NCBI GenBank assembly: GCA_035388825.1
Contig: DAOOQQ010000016.1
Location: 12,334-76,333, forward strand
Direction: 5' to 3'
Source of the DNA: Candidatus Ozemobacteraceae bacterium
GTDB lineage: Bacteria; Muiribacteriota; Ozemobacteria; Ozemobacterales; Ozemobacteraceae
DNA: 64,000 bases
A program made the position numbers and the translations under genes. Within the stretch, counting starts at the first letter, position 1. Every line of letters starts with the position of its first letter. The notes beneath the pieces are model-generated. The model had not been told where the DNA came from. It saw only the letters and a list, made by a program, of their open reading frames with translations, and did not search any database. This document shows, piece after piece, positions 31,116 to 41,391 of the stretch.

Positions 31116-34100
31116 AGAAGTTGCGATTTCCCGGCAGGATCTGTATCCTCGCGATGCCGGCGGACGATCGCGTGGCACTTTGCCTCGATGACATGTCGTC
31201 CATCCATTTTCTGCGGGAGGGATTCTGCCGCACGCTTCGACAAGTGGCAAACCTCGATGCCGTCGACGAATATCCCGTTGTTTTTCAGGTTGCCCGGGTG
31301 CTCGTAAGACATCGTATTCATGACCTGTGCAATCTGCTCATGGGCATTCGAACGACCGGCAAACGAGAGATAAACGTCAGACATGCCCATTTCCCAGACT
31401 CTGATGTCGGGAAGGTTGTCATGGATGCTTTCTGATCGGGTTTCCGTCTTCGTATGTGAAAATATTTCATGTGCAATACTTCCTGGCGCATCCGTGCCGA
31501 TGATGGAAAGGGCGTTTTGTGCGCGCGACATGGCGACGTATGCCACCCGATGGCTATCCGGGCCGGCCTTCAGGCCTTCCGGGACGACCACGACAGCCGG
31601 GAACTCCAGTCCCTTCGAGGCGTGCATCGTCGACAGGGTGATCCGGCCGGGCCGCTTCAACATTCCCATACGCTTCTCTCGGCTCACGTCATGCATGAAC
31701 GAAACGAACTGCGTCGGGCTCGGCGAGGCGGTTTCCTCGAGATAATCCTCCACGAGCTGATCGATCAATTCTTCCCACGGATTGCCCGCCCCACCCCTCG
31801 ATAACCGGCCCTGCCCGACCAGCTCACGAAATCCCGCCTGCCTCATTTCCCGCTCGGGCTGGCTCTCCATATATTGTATGAGATGATATATTTCGCGCAC
31901 GTTCAGCAGGGGAACTTCAGGCCGCCTGATGCAATGAGTCGCGAATCCACGGGTTTCGAGCAGATACTTCACCCTGAAAAGATCATCGTTTGCGAATGTA
32001 AGAATTGCAATGTCCTCAGGCGCAAACCCGTCCTTGCGAAGCCGCTCGACCTCGGCGAGAACCTCGCCAAACACCTGTGCAGGCCCGGCAACCCTGATGA
32101 CGGACGGACGGCGGCTGTTCTCAGGAACCAGCATCCCAGCTTTCGCCGAAACCAATTTCTCGTTTGCCTTCATGCGGCCGGGAAGCCGCCGGATGAACTC
32201 CTCGCAAAAACTGGTGATCGGCTCGGATGACCGGTAATTGGTCAGCAGGCGATGGACCGCGGGCTTGTAATCCGCTTCGAACCGCCGAATGAACTTCACG
32301 TCCGACCCTTTCCACTCGTAAATGTTCTGATCGTCGTCGCCGACCGCCAGAAGGCGCACTTCCCGTTCTGCATCGGGTTCGTCCTTGCGCGAAAGAAGGG
32401 CCAGCATCCGGTATTCGTCTTCGTCGATATCCTGGTATTCGTCGGCAAGAATGTACCGCACCCGGCTCAAAAGCCCTTCCGTCATGGAATCGCGGTCCTC
32501 GCCCGTCACCGACTCCAGGGCGCTCACGGCGTCTTTCATGATGGTCTTCATCAGGTCCTCGCGTCGCGTCGCCCTGTCCCCTCCGGCCTGAGCCGCCAGC
32601 GACCGGCTCGCGATGCGCAGGGCCAGGCCGTGGTAGGTGCTTACGAAAATGTACTGGCTGTCGTTGCCGAGCAGTTCGCGCAGGCGTTTGCGTATTTCGA
32701 GAACCGTCGAGCGGTTGAACGCGACCACGAGAACGCCGCCCCGAGGCACCCGCTCAACGCGCACAAGCCAGGCGGCACGATGAACCAGCGACTTCGTTTT
32801 CCCGCTTCCCGGCCCCGCCAAAATCAGAATGTTCCTCGTCTTGCCTTCGGTCACGATCGCCCGTTGCGCGTCCGACAGGGAATACTCAGGCCTGTGACCT
32901 TCCTGCAGCGCCTTCCCGGTAATCCTGGCGAGGCTTTCCTCGCCGGTCGGATACTGAAGCAGTTCCTTTCGCCGGTGGAAGTAGCGATCGTAGAACTCCT
33001 GCCGCGAGAGCGAGAAATACTCCTTCACCATCGTCATCGCGCTCCGGATGTCGCTTTTCCCGAACTCGGCATACTTCCCCATCACGTGCACCTGGGCGAT
33101 CTTCTCGTCGAAGAAATCATCGAGAGACCGGCACTCGCCGGCAGCCGGGGGGCGGTCATCCTTGAGTTTCAGCGTCAACGCAGGCCGGAACACCGAGAGC
33201 CCGTTCTGGATATGGAGCGCGTGCGTCTCGTTCAGCGACAGAAGCACCCTCCTGACGGCGTTGAAACTCTCGGACGACGTTCGCGGTGGGTCTTTCACCG
33301 GCAGGAGATTCTCGAGTTCGTCGACGGTGAACTCGACGCGTTGTTCCCGGCCCTGCCTGTTGCATCGTTTTCTGAGCAGGTCGAGATACCCACTGCCGAT
33401 CTTCTGGCGGTAGGGAATCATGCTCCGGATCTCCCCCGGGCTCATGCTCCGCTTCAGCCGGCAACGGTCATACCCCTGCGACACGAATGTCACAAGACCG
33501 TCGCGCCGCCAGATTTTCAGAACGGGGAACAGGTCTTTCGCTCGCACGTTCTCGAACGACCGGTCTGCGGAAAGCTGCGTCGCGCACAAGCGCAGGTCGA
33601 GTGTGCTGCCGTCCTCGTCCCCCCATGCCTCCGTTTCGGCAAGCATGTCGAGGATGCGGCTTTCGATACGGCAGAATGAATCCCAGCGGGACACGGCATC
33701 GTCCTTCTCGTCCGGCAGGTTGTTGAAAAGTGCCGTGCAGTTGATGGAGTGTGAAATCAGTCCGACGTTCCGCATCTCCCGCAGGGTCGAAATGAGATTC
33801 TCGGTCGACTGGCCGAGCTGGACGGTCATCGCGTCGGTGTTCAGCAGGTCATCGGCGTTCGCGTTGTAGAGGTGCCGGATAAGACGCCCCCACTGTGCCT
33901 GCCTGTATTCCGTCAAGCCAAGCTTTCGAATGATCTCCAGCGCGGCATCCAGGGTCGGCGGCACAGGCTTCGCCTCGATCACGGAGGTGCGGTTCCACGA
34001 GCGTTCGAGCCGGTTGAGCTTTTCGAGCCAGGAAATGGCGATCTTGACCTTGGTGTCTGCCATCGGTTCCGATGCATCGATTTTATCGGTGGTGGTCTCT

Positions 34101-36163
34101 TCGTCCCTGAGGATCTCGCCCGTCGTCCGGACGATCTCGCCGCGCCCCGGGCCGGCTTTCTGCTTGCGCGCGAGGTTCCGAATTCCCCGGAAGATGCCGA
34201 TCAGATCGCCGTGCGCGATGCGGCTCGACATGCACAGCTGGAATTGGAACTCGATATCATCGGCTGAAAAGATGAGGTGGCAGTCAGCCTTTTCCTGGTC
34301 TCGCCCAGCCCTGCCGGCCTCCTGGAGATAGTTTTCGAGGGAACCTGGAATCTCGGTGTGGATCACCACCCGGACGTCGGGCTTGTCGACGCCCATGCCG
34401 AAAGCGTTCGTGGCGCACATCACCCGGAGACGGCCGGCCAGGAACTCCTCCTGCACACGCCGCTTGTCGTCGGGGGTGCGGCCCGCGTGAAAGAAGTCGG
34501 CCTTAAACCCCGATGCCTGAAGTTTCTTGGCGAGGTTTTCGGCCGCCTTGCGTTTTGCGGTGAACAGGATCGCGCCGCCCCCGTCTCGGAGCCCCTCTTT
34601 CAGGATCTCGATGGCAAGCCCGATCTTGTTGTATCCGTCCGGGTTCGCGTCGCGGCCGTTCATCGTGTCGAGCCCGTGAACATGGAACCGGAGATTCTTC
34701 CGATCGGCCGTGCCGATGAACAGGTGCATCTCTTTGCCGGCCTCCTGTCGGAAATAGGTGCGTATCTCCTCGATCACGTCGAGCTTCGCCGTGGCGGTGA
34801 AGCAGGCAATCGGCGGCAGGGAGGCGGTTTCCCCGAGCACCTCCTTCAGGAACGAGCACAGGAACAGGTAGTCGGGCCGGAAATCGTGGCCCCATTTCGA
34901 CAGGCAGTGCGCCTCGTCGACGACGACAAGGCCGATCTCCCGCTGGGAAAGGGTGTCGCGGAACGAGCGGTTGCGCATCTGCTCGGGGGCGACCCACAGG
35001 ATGTCGATATCGCCGAGGGCGACTTTTTCGTGGGTCTCTGCCCGCTCGAAGACGGAAAGCAGGCCGTTGAGCGCCCCGACGTTCGGGATGCCGCGCCGTG
35101 CGAGGGCGTCGACCTGGTCTTTCATCAGCGATTGGAGCGGCGAGATGATGAGGGTCAGCAGGTTTCTCTGCCGCGCCTGCATCAGTGCGGGAAGCTGGTA
35201 ACAGAGCGACTTGCCGCCGCCGGTCGGCAGGACGACGAGGCAGTCCCGGCCTTCGAGGATCGCTTCGACGACATCCTGCTGGGAAACGGGCGGCGGCCCT
35301 TCGAGAACGGGCCTGAATGCGTCGAAGGGGTGAAAAAACCGCTTGAGCGACTCGAGGGGTGAATGATACTCCCGGCAATACTCGCATGTACCGCACGGCC
35401 TGCGCCGAAGGGCATGAAGGATCTCGACGGCCCGGGGAAACGCATGGACCACCCACGGAGCGAGTCGCGACATGCCGTCTGCGACGGAAAGCCAGGCAAG
35501 CGCCATCGCAAGGGCGATCCACTCCGGCCGGCGCCCGCCGCCGGTGTCGAAAAGTTCTTCAAGGGCTTTCCGGCAGGCTTTTCCGGAAAAGGTCTCGCGC
35601 GCCTGGCGGAACGTCTCGTCAAGGTCCAGGGGCTTCGCCCCGGTTTCACGGGCGATGGCCGCAGCGCAACCGCGTGTCACGTCATCCTGGCCAAGCAGAC
35701 ACAGATACAGCGGCAGAAGCGGGTCGGCGCGGAACTGCCCGAGCTGTTCCCGAAAAAGGGCGAGCGCCGCCTCGGAATCGCGCAGCGGGTCGTTCCGGCT
35801 CGATTCGGTCGGCTTGTATCCTTTCCATAGTTTATGATATGGGTGCCGCGGCCAGGCCAGCGGCGACAGGAGGAGCGTATCGATGACCGGGAGTTTCAGC
35901 AGGGCATGATCGGGAGCATGTCGTTTCAGCCACTCGAGATCATGCGCCAGGACATTGTGCCCGAGGACGAACCCCGAATCGCGGCCATATATCTCGAGGC
36001 TTTTCAAGACAACCCGCGGATCGTTCCACGGCCCCGTCTCCCTGAACGCCTGCTGTCCCTCCCGAAACGCCCCCGCCGCCAGCAATGTCCCCGAGACAGG
36101 ATGCACCTCGAGATCGACCGCCACGATTCCGTCGAATATGCTCGCCAACTCGTTTCTCATCAC
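31067..36163 (-). CDS. Giant multidomain DNA enzyme: N-terminal DEDDh 3'-5' exonuclease, then a RecQ-family SF2 helicase, then a UvrD/Rep-like SF1 helicase (1698 aa)
   Basis: VAVDLE…HNVLAHD exo motifs. Zn-ribbon RRRPCGTCEYC. RecQ motifs LVVLPTGGGKSLCYQLPAL, VVVDEAHCLSKWGHDFRPDY and QEAGRAGRD. UvrD motifs ILILAGPGSGKTK, ILADEYQD, VGDDDQNIYEWKG, TMHASKGLEF and VAMSRAQ. Confidence 0.8.
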   Translation of the reverse strand: MMRNELASIFDGIVAVDLEVHPVSGTLLAAGAFREGQQAFRETGPWNDPRVVLKSLEIYGRDSGFVLGHNVLAHDLEWLKRHAPDHALLKLPVIDTLLLSPLAWPRHPYHKLWKGYKPTESSRNDPLRDSEAALALFREQLGQFRADPLLPLYLCLLGQDDVTRGCAAAIARETGAKPLDLDETFRQARETFSGKACRKALEELFDTGGGRRPEWIALAMALAWLSVADGMSRLAPWVVHAFPRAVEILHALRRRPCGTCEYCREYHSPLESLKRFFHPFDAFRPVLEGPPPVSQQDVVEAILEGRDCLVVLPTGGGKSLCYQLPALMQARQRNLLTLIISPLQSLMKDQVDALARRGIPNVGALNGLLSVFERAETHEKVALGDIDILWVAPEQMRNRSFRDTLSQREIGLVVVDEAHCLSKWGHDFRPDYLFLCSFLKEVLGETASLPPIACFTATAKLDVIEEIRTYFRQEAGKEMHLFIGTADRKNLRFHVHGLDTMNGRDANPDGYNKIGLAIEILKEGLRDGGGAILFTAKRKAAENLAKKLQASGFKADFFHAGRTPDDKRRVQEEFLAGRLRVMCATNAFGMGVDKPDVRVVIHTEIPGSLENYLQEAGRAGRDQEKADCHLIFSADDIEFQFQLCMSSRIAHGDLIGIFRGIRNLARKQKAGPGRGEIVRTTGEILRDEETTTDKIDASEPMADTKVKIAISWLEKLNRLERSWNRTSVIEAKPVPPTLDAALEIIRKLGLTEYRQAQWGRLIRHLYNANADDLLNTDAMTVQLGQSTENLISTLREMRNVGLISHSINCTALFNNLPDEKDDAVSRWDSFCRIESRILDMLAETEAWGDEDGSTLDLRLCATQLSADRSFENVRAKDLFPVLKIWRRDGLVTFVSQGYDRCRLKRSMSPGEIRSMIPYRQKIGSGYLDLLRKRCNRQGREQRVEFTVDELENLLPVKDPPRTSSESFNAVRRVLLSLNETHALHIQNGLSVFRPALTLKLKDDRPPAAGECRSLDDFFDEKIAQVHVMGKYAEFGKSDIRSAMTMVKEYFSLSRQEFYDRYFHRRKELLQYPTGEESLARITGKALQEGHRPEYSLSDAQRAIVTEGKTRNILILAGPGSGKTKSLVHRAAWLVRVERVPRGGVLVVAFNRSTVLEIRKRLRELLGNDSQYIFVSTYHGLALRIASRSLAAQAGGDRATRREDLMKTIMKDAVSALESVTGEDRDSMTEGLLSRVRYILADEYQDIDEDEYRMLALLSRKDEPDAEREVRLLAVGDDDQNIYEWKGSDVKFIRRFEADYKPAVHRLLTNYRSSEPITSFCEEFIRRLPGRMKANEKLVSAKAGMLVPENSRRPSVIRVAGPAQVFGEVLAEVERLRKDGFAPEDIAILTFANDDLFRVKYLLETRGFATHCIRRPEVPLLNVREIYHLIQYMESQPEREMRQAGFRELVGQGRLSRGGAGNPWEELIDQLVEDYLEETASPSPTQFVSFMHDVSREKRMGMLKRPGRITLSTMHASKGLEFPAVVVVPEGLKAGPDSHRVAYVAMSRAQNALSIIGTDAPGSIAHEIFSHTKTETRSESIHDNLPDIRVWEMGMSDVYLSFAGRSNAHEQIAQVMNTMSYEHPGNLKNNGIFVDGIEVCHLSKRAAESLPQKMDGRHVIEAKCHAIVRRHREDTDPAGKSQLLCESWEIPLFRLTFSK

Positions 36164-36549
36164 ATCCGCAGCAAATGACCGTATTTACTTCTCGCCGTCG
36201 GCATCACAGCCTGGCTCTGAAATATGCATGTGTGTTATATATTTCTTTTGTTTTATATTCGGACCTGACTCTATCAAATCGCTTTTTCGAGGCCGAAAAA
36301 GTATCTACTTTATCGAGTATTGTATAACGATATATCATAAACCGTCGACACCTATGTTCTTTCGTTGGAACAGAACGATGGCCTCCATGAATTCCAGCCT
36401 CTCTGACGGCATAATCCCCTACGTCAGGAAGGAAAAAACAATGATCAGCCAGGAATATGATTTCGGCGCAATAAAATACAAATCGTTGTATCGGATGAGT
36501 TGCACGCCATTTTGGAAAGGTAGCAAACGTGATATGGTATGATAGATTG

Positions 36550-36709
36550 ATTGGATTTACCGGAAGCCCTTCAAAAGCAGGTTCTTGATTACGTCAGGCA
36601 GTTGCGTGTTCACCCCCGGCCGGGCGACCGGGGCGATCAGATGCTCAGGTTTGCCGACATGTTCACTTCCGAAGAGGGAGCTGACATTCTGAATTGTATC
36701 GAAGCATGA
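36550..36709 (+). CDS. Small antitoxin-like ORF with TTG start
   Basis: …DLPEALQKQVLDYVRQLR… resembles the small helical antitoxins found upstream of PIN toxins. Followed 16 nt later by a PIN C-terminal fragment. Confidence 0.3.
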
Positions 36710-36725
36710 TGCGGACGGATAGATC

Positions 36726-36870
36726 ATGACCAATTACGGTGAGGTGAAGGCTGCACTGCAAAGTCTTGGAAAGCTGATTCTCGAAAACGATCAGTTGATC
36801 GCCGCACTAGCTCTACAACATAATCTCACCCTCATGTCTAGCGACACTCATTTTGCATTTATCCTGGGAC
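36726..36870 (+). pseudogene. VapC/PIN-domain toxin C-terminal remnant (about 45 aa of PIN; N-terminal about 85 aa missing)
   Basis: …ENDQLIAALALQHNLTLMSSDTHFAF… matches the PIN C-terminal motif (…D…IAATA…LTLVT.N…F). Confidence 0.4.
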
Positions 36871-37062
36871 TTATCATTGTTACTATATTCGTCACACATT
36901 GGAACCTGATAATGTGGGGGCTCTCTCTCATGCAAAGGACTCACGATTTCTCACCCCACAATGCCGGGCGTACACAGATACAGCGGACCGCCGTTGGCGC
37001 TACCCGGAGGCCGCTGCTCTGTAGCGTTAGGTGGCGAGGGTTTCCAGAAAGGAAATTTTAAA

Positions 37063-39786
37063 ATGACAAAGAAGAACATTATCTGGAGTGAGATTCAAAG
37101 AAGGGCAATGGCCTTCGTAAAACGGTGGGCGGGAGAGACTGACGAGCAGCGTGAATCTCAAACGTTCTGGAATGAATTTTTTGGGATTTTTGATGTCGAT
37201 CGGCGCGAGGTCGCAAGGTTTGAAGACAGAGCAAAGCGCCATTCAACCGGAAAAAAGGGCCGTCTTGATTTGTTCTGGCCCAAGGTGATAGCTGTCGAGC
37301 AAAAGTCAAAGGGTAAAGATCTTGATGACGCTGAATGGCAACTATCCGATTATGAATTCGATCGCCATATGACCCCTGAATTGTTTGTAGTGTCTGACTT
37401 CAACCAATTTCGCATATGGAACTTAGAAACCGGGGACCGCTATACATTTACAATTACAGAACTTCCAAAATACACTACCTTATTTGCACATTTGGCAGGC
37501 TACAAACACGAATCTTTCAAACATGAAGAGAAAGTAAGTCGAGAGGCTGCCGAATTACTGGGGCAACTATTTGAGTATCTTGACGATAACGGGTACAGCG
37601 GTCATCCATTAAGAGTATTTATCGTTCGCCTTCTCTTCTGCGTTTTTGCTGATGACACTAATGTTTGGAGACGAGGTCTTTTTGATGACTTTATTACTTA
37701 CCGCACATCGGAAGATGGATCAGATGTCGGTCCTCAGCTAAATCTTCTCTTTCAGGTATTAAACCAAAATGAGGAAAGTCGGCAAAAGAATCTTGACGAA
37801 GATCTAGCAGCCTTTCCCTATATAAACGGCGGGCTTTTCTCTGAAAATATTCCTATCCCGTTCTTTGACACGAAGGCGCGCTCTCTGTTGCTTCAGGCGT
37901 CGAGTTTTGATTGGACACCAGTTTCCCCGATTATTTTTGGGAGCTTGTTCCAAAGTGTAAAAGATAAAGAGGCTCGAAGAACAACAGGGGAACACTATAC
38001 ATCTGAGGCAAACATTCTCCGAGTAATTAAGCCACTATTCTTAGATAAGCTTGAAGCTGAGCTTAACTCAATAAAAAGAAATAATGCCGAGCTAATAGAA
38101 TTTCATCAGAAGTTGTCTCAAATAAAGGTCCTTGATCCCGCTTGTGGGTGTGGTAACTTTCTCGCTGTTGCCTATCGGGAACTCAGGCGACTGGAAACGC
38201 GAACATTGCTTCTTTTGCACTCGAAAAACGGGAAAATCCAAAGGGTGCTAAACATAGCCAACCTTGTCAAGGTTTCTGTAAGCCAATTCTTTGGCATAGA
38301 AATAGCAGAATTTCCAGCCCGAATTGCAGAAACAGCCATGTATCTGGTTGATCATCTTGAAAACCTTGAACTCTCAGCGAAGTTTGGCCAGTATTTTGTT
38401 CGATTTCCAATTACCACTGAAGCACACATAAAAATCGGCAATGCGTTACGGTTAGATTGGAACTCAGTCGTTCCTGCCGAGGAAGTTTCCTATGTTACCG
38501 GAAATCCTCCATTTGGAGGACATCGTTATCGGACCGAAGAGCAATCCGAAGATTTAAGGATTGTCTGGGGAAGCGGGTATAACAAGCTTCTAGACTATGT
38601 AACTGGGTGGTACAAAGTTGCTTCTATGTATGGAAAGGAGAAAGAAATCCGTTTTGCTTTTGTTTCAACGAATTCCATCTCCCAAGGTGAACAAGTTGAA
38701 CATCTTTGGGAATCACTCTATTCTGATGGTTTTCACTTGGACTATGCTTACACCCCTTTTGTTTGGACGACAGAGGCAAAAGGAAAGGCGCATGTACACG
38801 TTGTAATTGAGGGATTTGTCCATGGTGATACAAATCGACAGAACTTACTTTACTCCTTAGACTCCTCTTCAGACGTTTGGAAAACTCTAAGCGTGCCTTC
38901 TATTAGTCCGTATTTGGTGGCTGGCCCGGAGATGGTTGTAAAAAAGCACCAACAACCTTTGTCCGCCCTTTTGCCCCCAGCGGCTTACGGAAGCCTTCCA
39001 GCCGATGGTGGTGGTCTGGTTGTTCATCCAGAGGATCTATCCCAAATCGATGAACCAGTAAAGAAGTATCTTAAACGTTTTATAGGGTCAAAGGAGCTAA
39101 TCAATGGGATTGACCGATGGTGTCTTTGGATGCCGGAAGGGCCGACTCCCTCTGAACTCAAAAATTCACCATTTCTAAAGGCGCGTTTTCTGACTGTACG
39201 ACAATTTCGAGAGAAAAGCCCCAACCTTGATACTAAGGAACTTTCTGCACAACCGTATAGATTCTTTCACATCGCAAAACCTAGATCCGAGTACATTGCT
39301 GTTCCCGCTCAGGTTGCCAACAAACGGCCCTGGTATACGGTCGAATTTTTGGGTCCAGAAACCATTCCCTCAAATACCCTCTATTACATAGATGATCCTA
39401 CTGGTTTGGTTTTTGGATTGCTTTCATCAAGCATGTACATGGCTTGGCAGAGAGCAATTGGCGGAAGAATTAAATCTGATCCGCGATTTGGAAAGGCCGT
39501 TTACCACTCCTTTCCTTTTCCTTCAATGTTATCAAACGAAGCAATCGAAAAGGTTAAGGAAGCGGGAAAGGGCCTACTTAAAGCTCGCAAGGCTTCAAAT
39601 AGAAGATCTCTATCGGAAATGTATGAAGCCGATTGCATCCACCCAGAGATATTAAAGGCACACATCGAGTTGGACAGGGCCGTTGACACCATATTCAACG
39701 CAAATAAGAAACACTGGACAGACGAGGAACGTCTAGCTGTCTTACTTTTGCGCTACGAAGAATATCAATCGAATAAACAAGATTGA
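37063..39786 (+). CDS. MmeI-family Type IIL restriction-modification enzyme (single-chain endonuclease plus N6-adenine methyltransferase)
   Basis: Collinear similarity to MmeI over the whole length: DLFWP…E(x)K nuclease motif, HYTSEANILRVIKPLFLD, LDPACGCGNFL, GNPPFGG and the C-terminal target-recognition domain. Low-GC gene. Confidence 0.85.
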   Translation: MTKKNIIWSEIQRRAMAFVKRWAGETDEQRESQTFWNEFFGIFDVDRREVARFEDRAKRHSTGKKGRLDLFWPKVIAVEQKSKGKDLDDAEWQLSDYEFDRHMTPELFVVSDFNQFRIWNLETGDRYTFTITELPKYTTLFAHLAGYKHESFKHEEKVSREAAELLGQLFEYLDDNGYSGHPLRVFIVRLLFCVFADDTNVWRRGLFDDFITYRTSEDGSDVGPQLNLLFQVLNQNEESRQKNLDEDLAAFPYINGGLFSENIPIPFFDTKARSLLLQASSFDWTPVSPIIFGSLFQSVKDKEARRTTGEHYTSEANILRVIKPLFLDKLEAELNSIKRNNAELIEFHQKLSQIKVLDPACGCGNFLAVAYRELRRLETRTLLLLHSKNGKIQRVLNIANLVKVSVSQFFGIEIAEFPARIAETAMYLVDHLENLELSAKFGQYFVRFPITTEAHIKIGNALRLDWNSVVPAEEVSYVTGNPPFGGHRYRTEEQSEDLRIVWGSGYNKLLDYVTGWYKVASMYGKEKEIRFAFVSTNSISQGEQVEHLWESLYSDGFHLDYAYTPFVWTTEAKGKAHVHVVIEGFVHGDTNRQNLLYSLDSSSDVWKTLSVPSISPYLVAGPEMVVKKHQQPLSALLPPAAYGSLPADGGGLVVHPEDLSQIDEPVKKYLKRFIGSKELINGIDRWCLWMPEGPTPSELKNSPFLKARFLTVRQFREKSPNLDTKELSAQPYRFFHIAKPRSEYIAVPAQVANKRPWYTVEFLGPETIPSNTLYYIDDPTGLVFGLLSSSMYMAWQRAIGGRIKSDPRFGKAVYHSFPFPSMLSNEAIEKVKEAGKGLLKARKASNRRSLSEMYEADCIHPEILKAHIELDRAVDTIFNANKKHWTDEERLAVLLLRYEEYQSNKQD

Positions 39787-40211
39787 TTTAAATGCCAACT
39801 AATAGGGCAAAGGGAAACTTTAACAGCCCGCGGATAAAGCTTAATGCTATTGTCACGCACTCTATAATATAGTATTATTTTTACCTTCTCCATCTTTTGG
39901 ATTTTTTCGATGGCATTGGAAAAGCGGAAGTAAGCAACTGTCAAGAAACCCGAACATTTTCGAATGTCACGGAACCGGGAAACCAGGGCCACACACCTAA
40001 TTTTCATTTTAGCTTCCCGTAATGCATCTCAATGAACGGCACTCCATGATTGAATATGGCGTTGATGAGTTGCTCATTATACTTGTTGCCAACAAATGAA
40101 CCCTGCGTCTGTCGCATGAAGCGACATAATGAGTAATCGACTGCCACACTGAAGAGCCAACGGCTACTTCTATTCTGAGGGCAATATCGCTTGCATTGAT
40201 CTTCTGGTTTC

Positions 40212-41324
40212 ATGTATGGTGATCTCTATATGAATGATCACCCGTGTGCCGATGAACAATTGAAAGATGAAATGCGTAGTGGCATCATACGGCTCTTGGC
40301 GGATCTACGGCAGCCGGGGGCCTGCGAACTGCTTGCCATGCTTGAAAAGCAGATCGGTTGGCGCGTGCGGCAGTATTTTTTCGAGGTCGTCGGAGCGTTT
40401 CGGGATGACCACCTTCTGACGAGCTACCAACGGGAGTATTTCCGAACCACCCTCACCGACAAGGAGTGCATTGATGCGCTTCATGGCGGGGGGCGGCGGT
40501 GGGATGAATCCCGGAGCACGATCGACGAGCTTTTTCAGTGCGGCAAAGCGTATCGTTCATCAAAAGCCTTTCAGGAGATGATCACGTTCTCGGCCCAGTT
40601 CAGGAATTACGCCCCCTACAACAACATGCTGGTGAAGCTCCAGAATCCGTCGTGCAGCTTCTACGCAACGCGCGATGACTGGGAACGCCGGTTCAATCGC
40701 AGGGTCAATGAAGAGGCGCGAGCGATGCTGATTCTCGCTCCCATGCATCCCGTCATGCTGGTGTATGACCTCGATTCGACCACGGGCCCCGCCCTTCCGG
40801 AGAAACTGCTGGATTTCACGAGGGTCGACGGTCGCTTCGATCAAAAGCTGCTTCCCCGGTTGCTCGACAACTGTCTTCGGGATTCCATCGTCGTTGAGTT
40901 CGTCGAGCTTTCGTCCACGTTTGGCGGTTACGCAACGACACGTTGCCGAGGCACCGGCGCAAAGATGAGGGTCGCCATCCATGACAAGCTGCAGCCCGCC
41001 TCTCGCTTCTCGGTTCTCTGCCACGAACTCGCCCATATCTATCTCGGGCATCTGGGCTCGGACGAAGACAACTTCTGGCCGACCCGCATCAACCTGACGC
41101 ACGCGGCGATTGAAGTCGAGGCCGAAGCGACGGCTTACATCGTCTGTGTACGGCTCGGCCTCAAACCCTGTTCTGAAGCGTATATCTGCAGTTATATCGA
41201 AAACGATTCGATTCCGGCGGGCGTCAGCATCGAACTGATCACGAAGGTCGCCGGCAAGCTCGAAGAGATGGCAACCCGGCGCCTTCCGGCCCGCAAAGAG
41301 AAACCGCCCAAAAAAGCCCGTTGA
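40212..41324 (+). CDS. Zincin-like metallopeptidase (HExxH; ImmA/IrrE- or ArdC-like) with long N-terminal extension
   Basis: HELAHIYLGH motif near the C-terminus. The central region has an ArdC-N/DUF1738-like pattern (weak). Start could also be 40230. Confidence 0.5.
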   Translation: MYGDLYMNDHPCADEQLKDEMRSGIIRLLADLRQPGACELLAMLEKQIGWRVRQYFFEVVGAFRDDHLLTSYQREYFRTTLTDKECIDALHGGGRRWDESRSTIDELFQCGKAYRSSKAFQEMITFSAQFRNYAPYNNMLVKLQNPSCSFYATRDDWERRFNRRVNEEARAMLILAPMHPVMLVYDLDSTTGPALPEKLLDFTRVDGRFDQKLLPRLLDNCLRDSIVVEFVELSSTFGGYATTRCRGTGAKMRVAIHDKLQPASRFSVLCHELAHIYLGHLGSDEDNFWPTRINLTHAAIEVEAEATAYIVCVRLGLKPCSEAYICSYIENDSIPAGVSIELITKVAGKLEEMATRRLPARKEKPPKKAR

Positions 41325-41391
41325 TCAGTCAGCGCCACATCGTTCGATGTGGCGCTGTTGTTGCCGGGATGAATTCCCCTGAATTCATGGC

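Noticed and set aside
32252-35886. Plus-strand ORFs (475, 361 and 175 aa) inside the giant helicase gene, and minus ORF 34503-35522
   Set aside because: All lie within and antisense to, or out of frame with, the 1698-aa ORF that carries canonical helicase motifs throughout.
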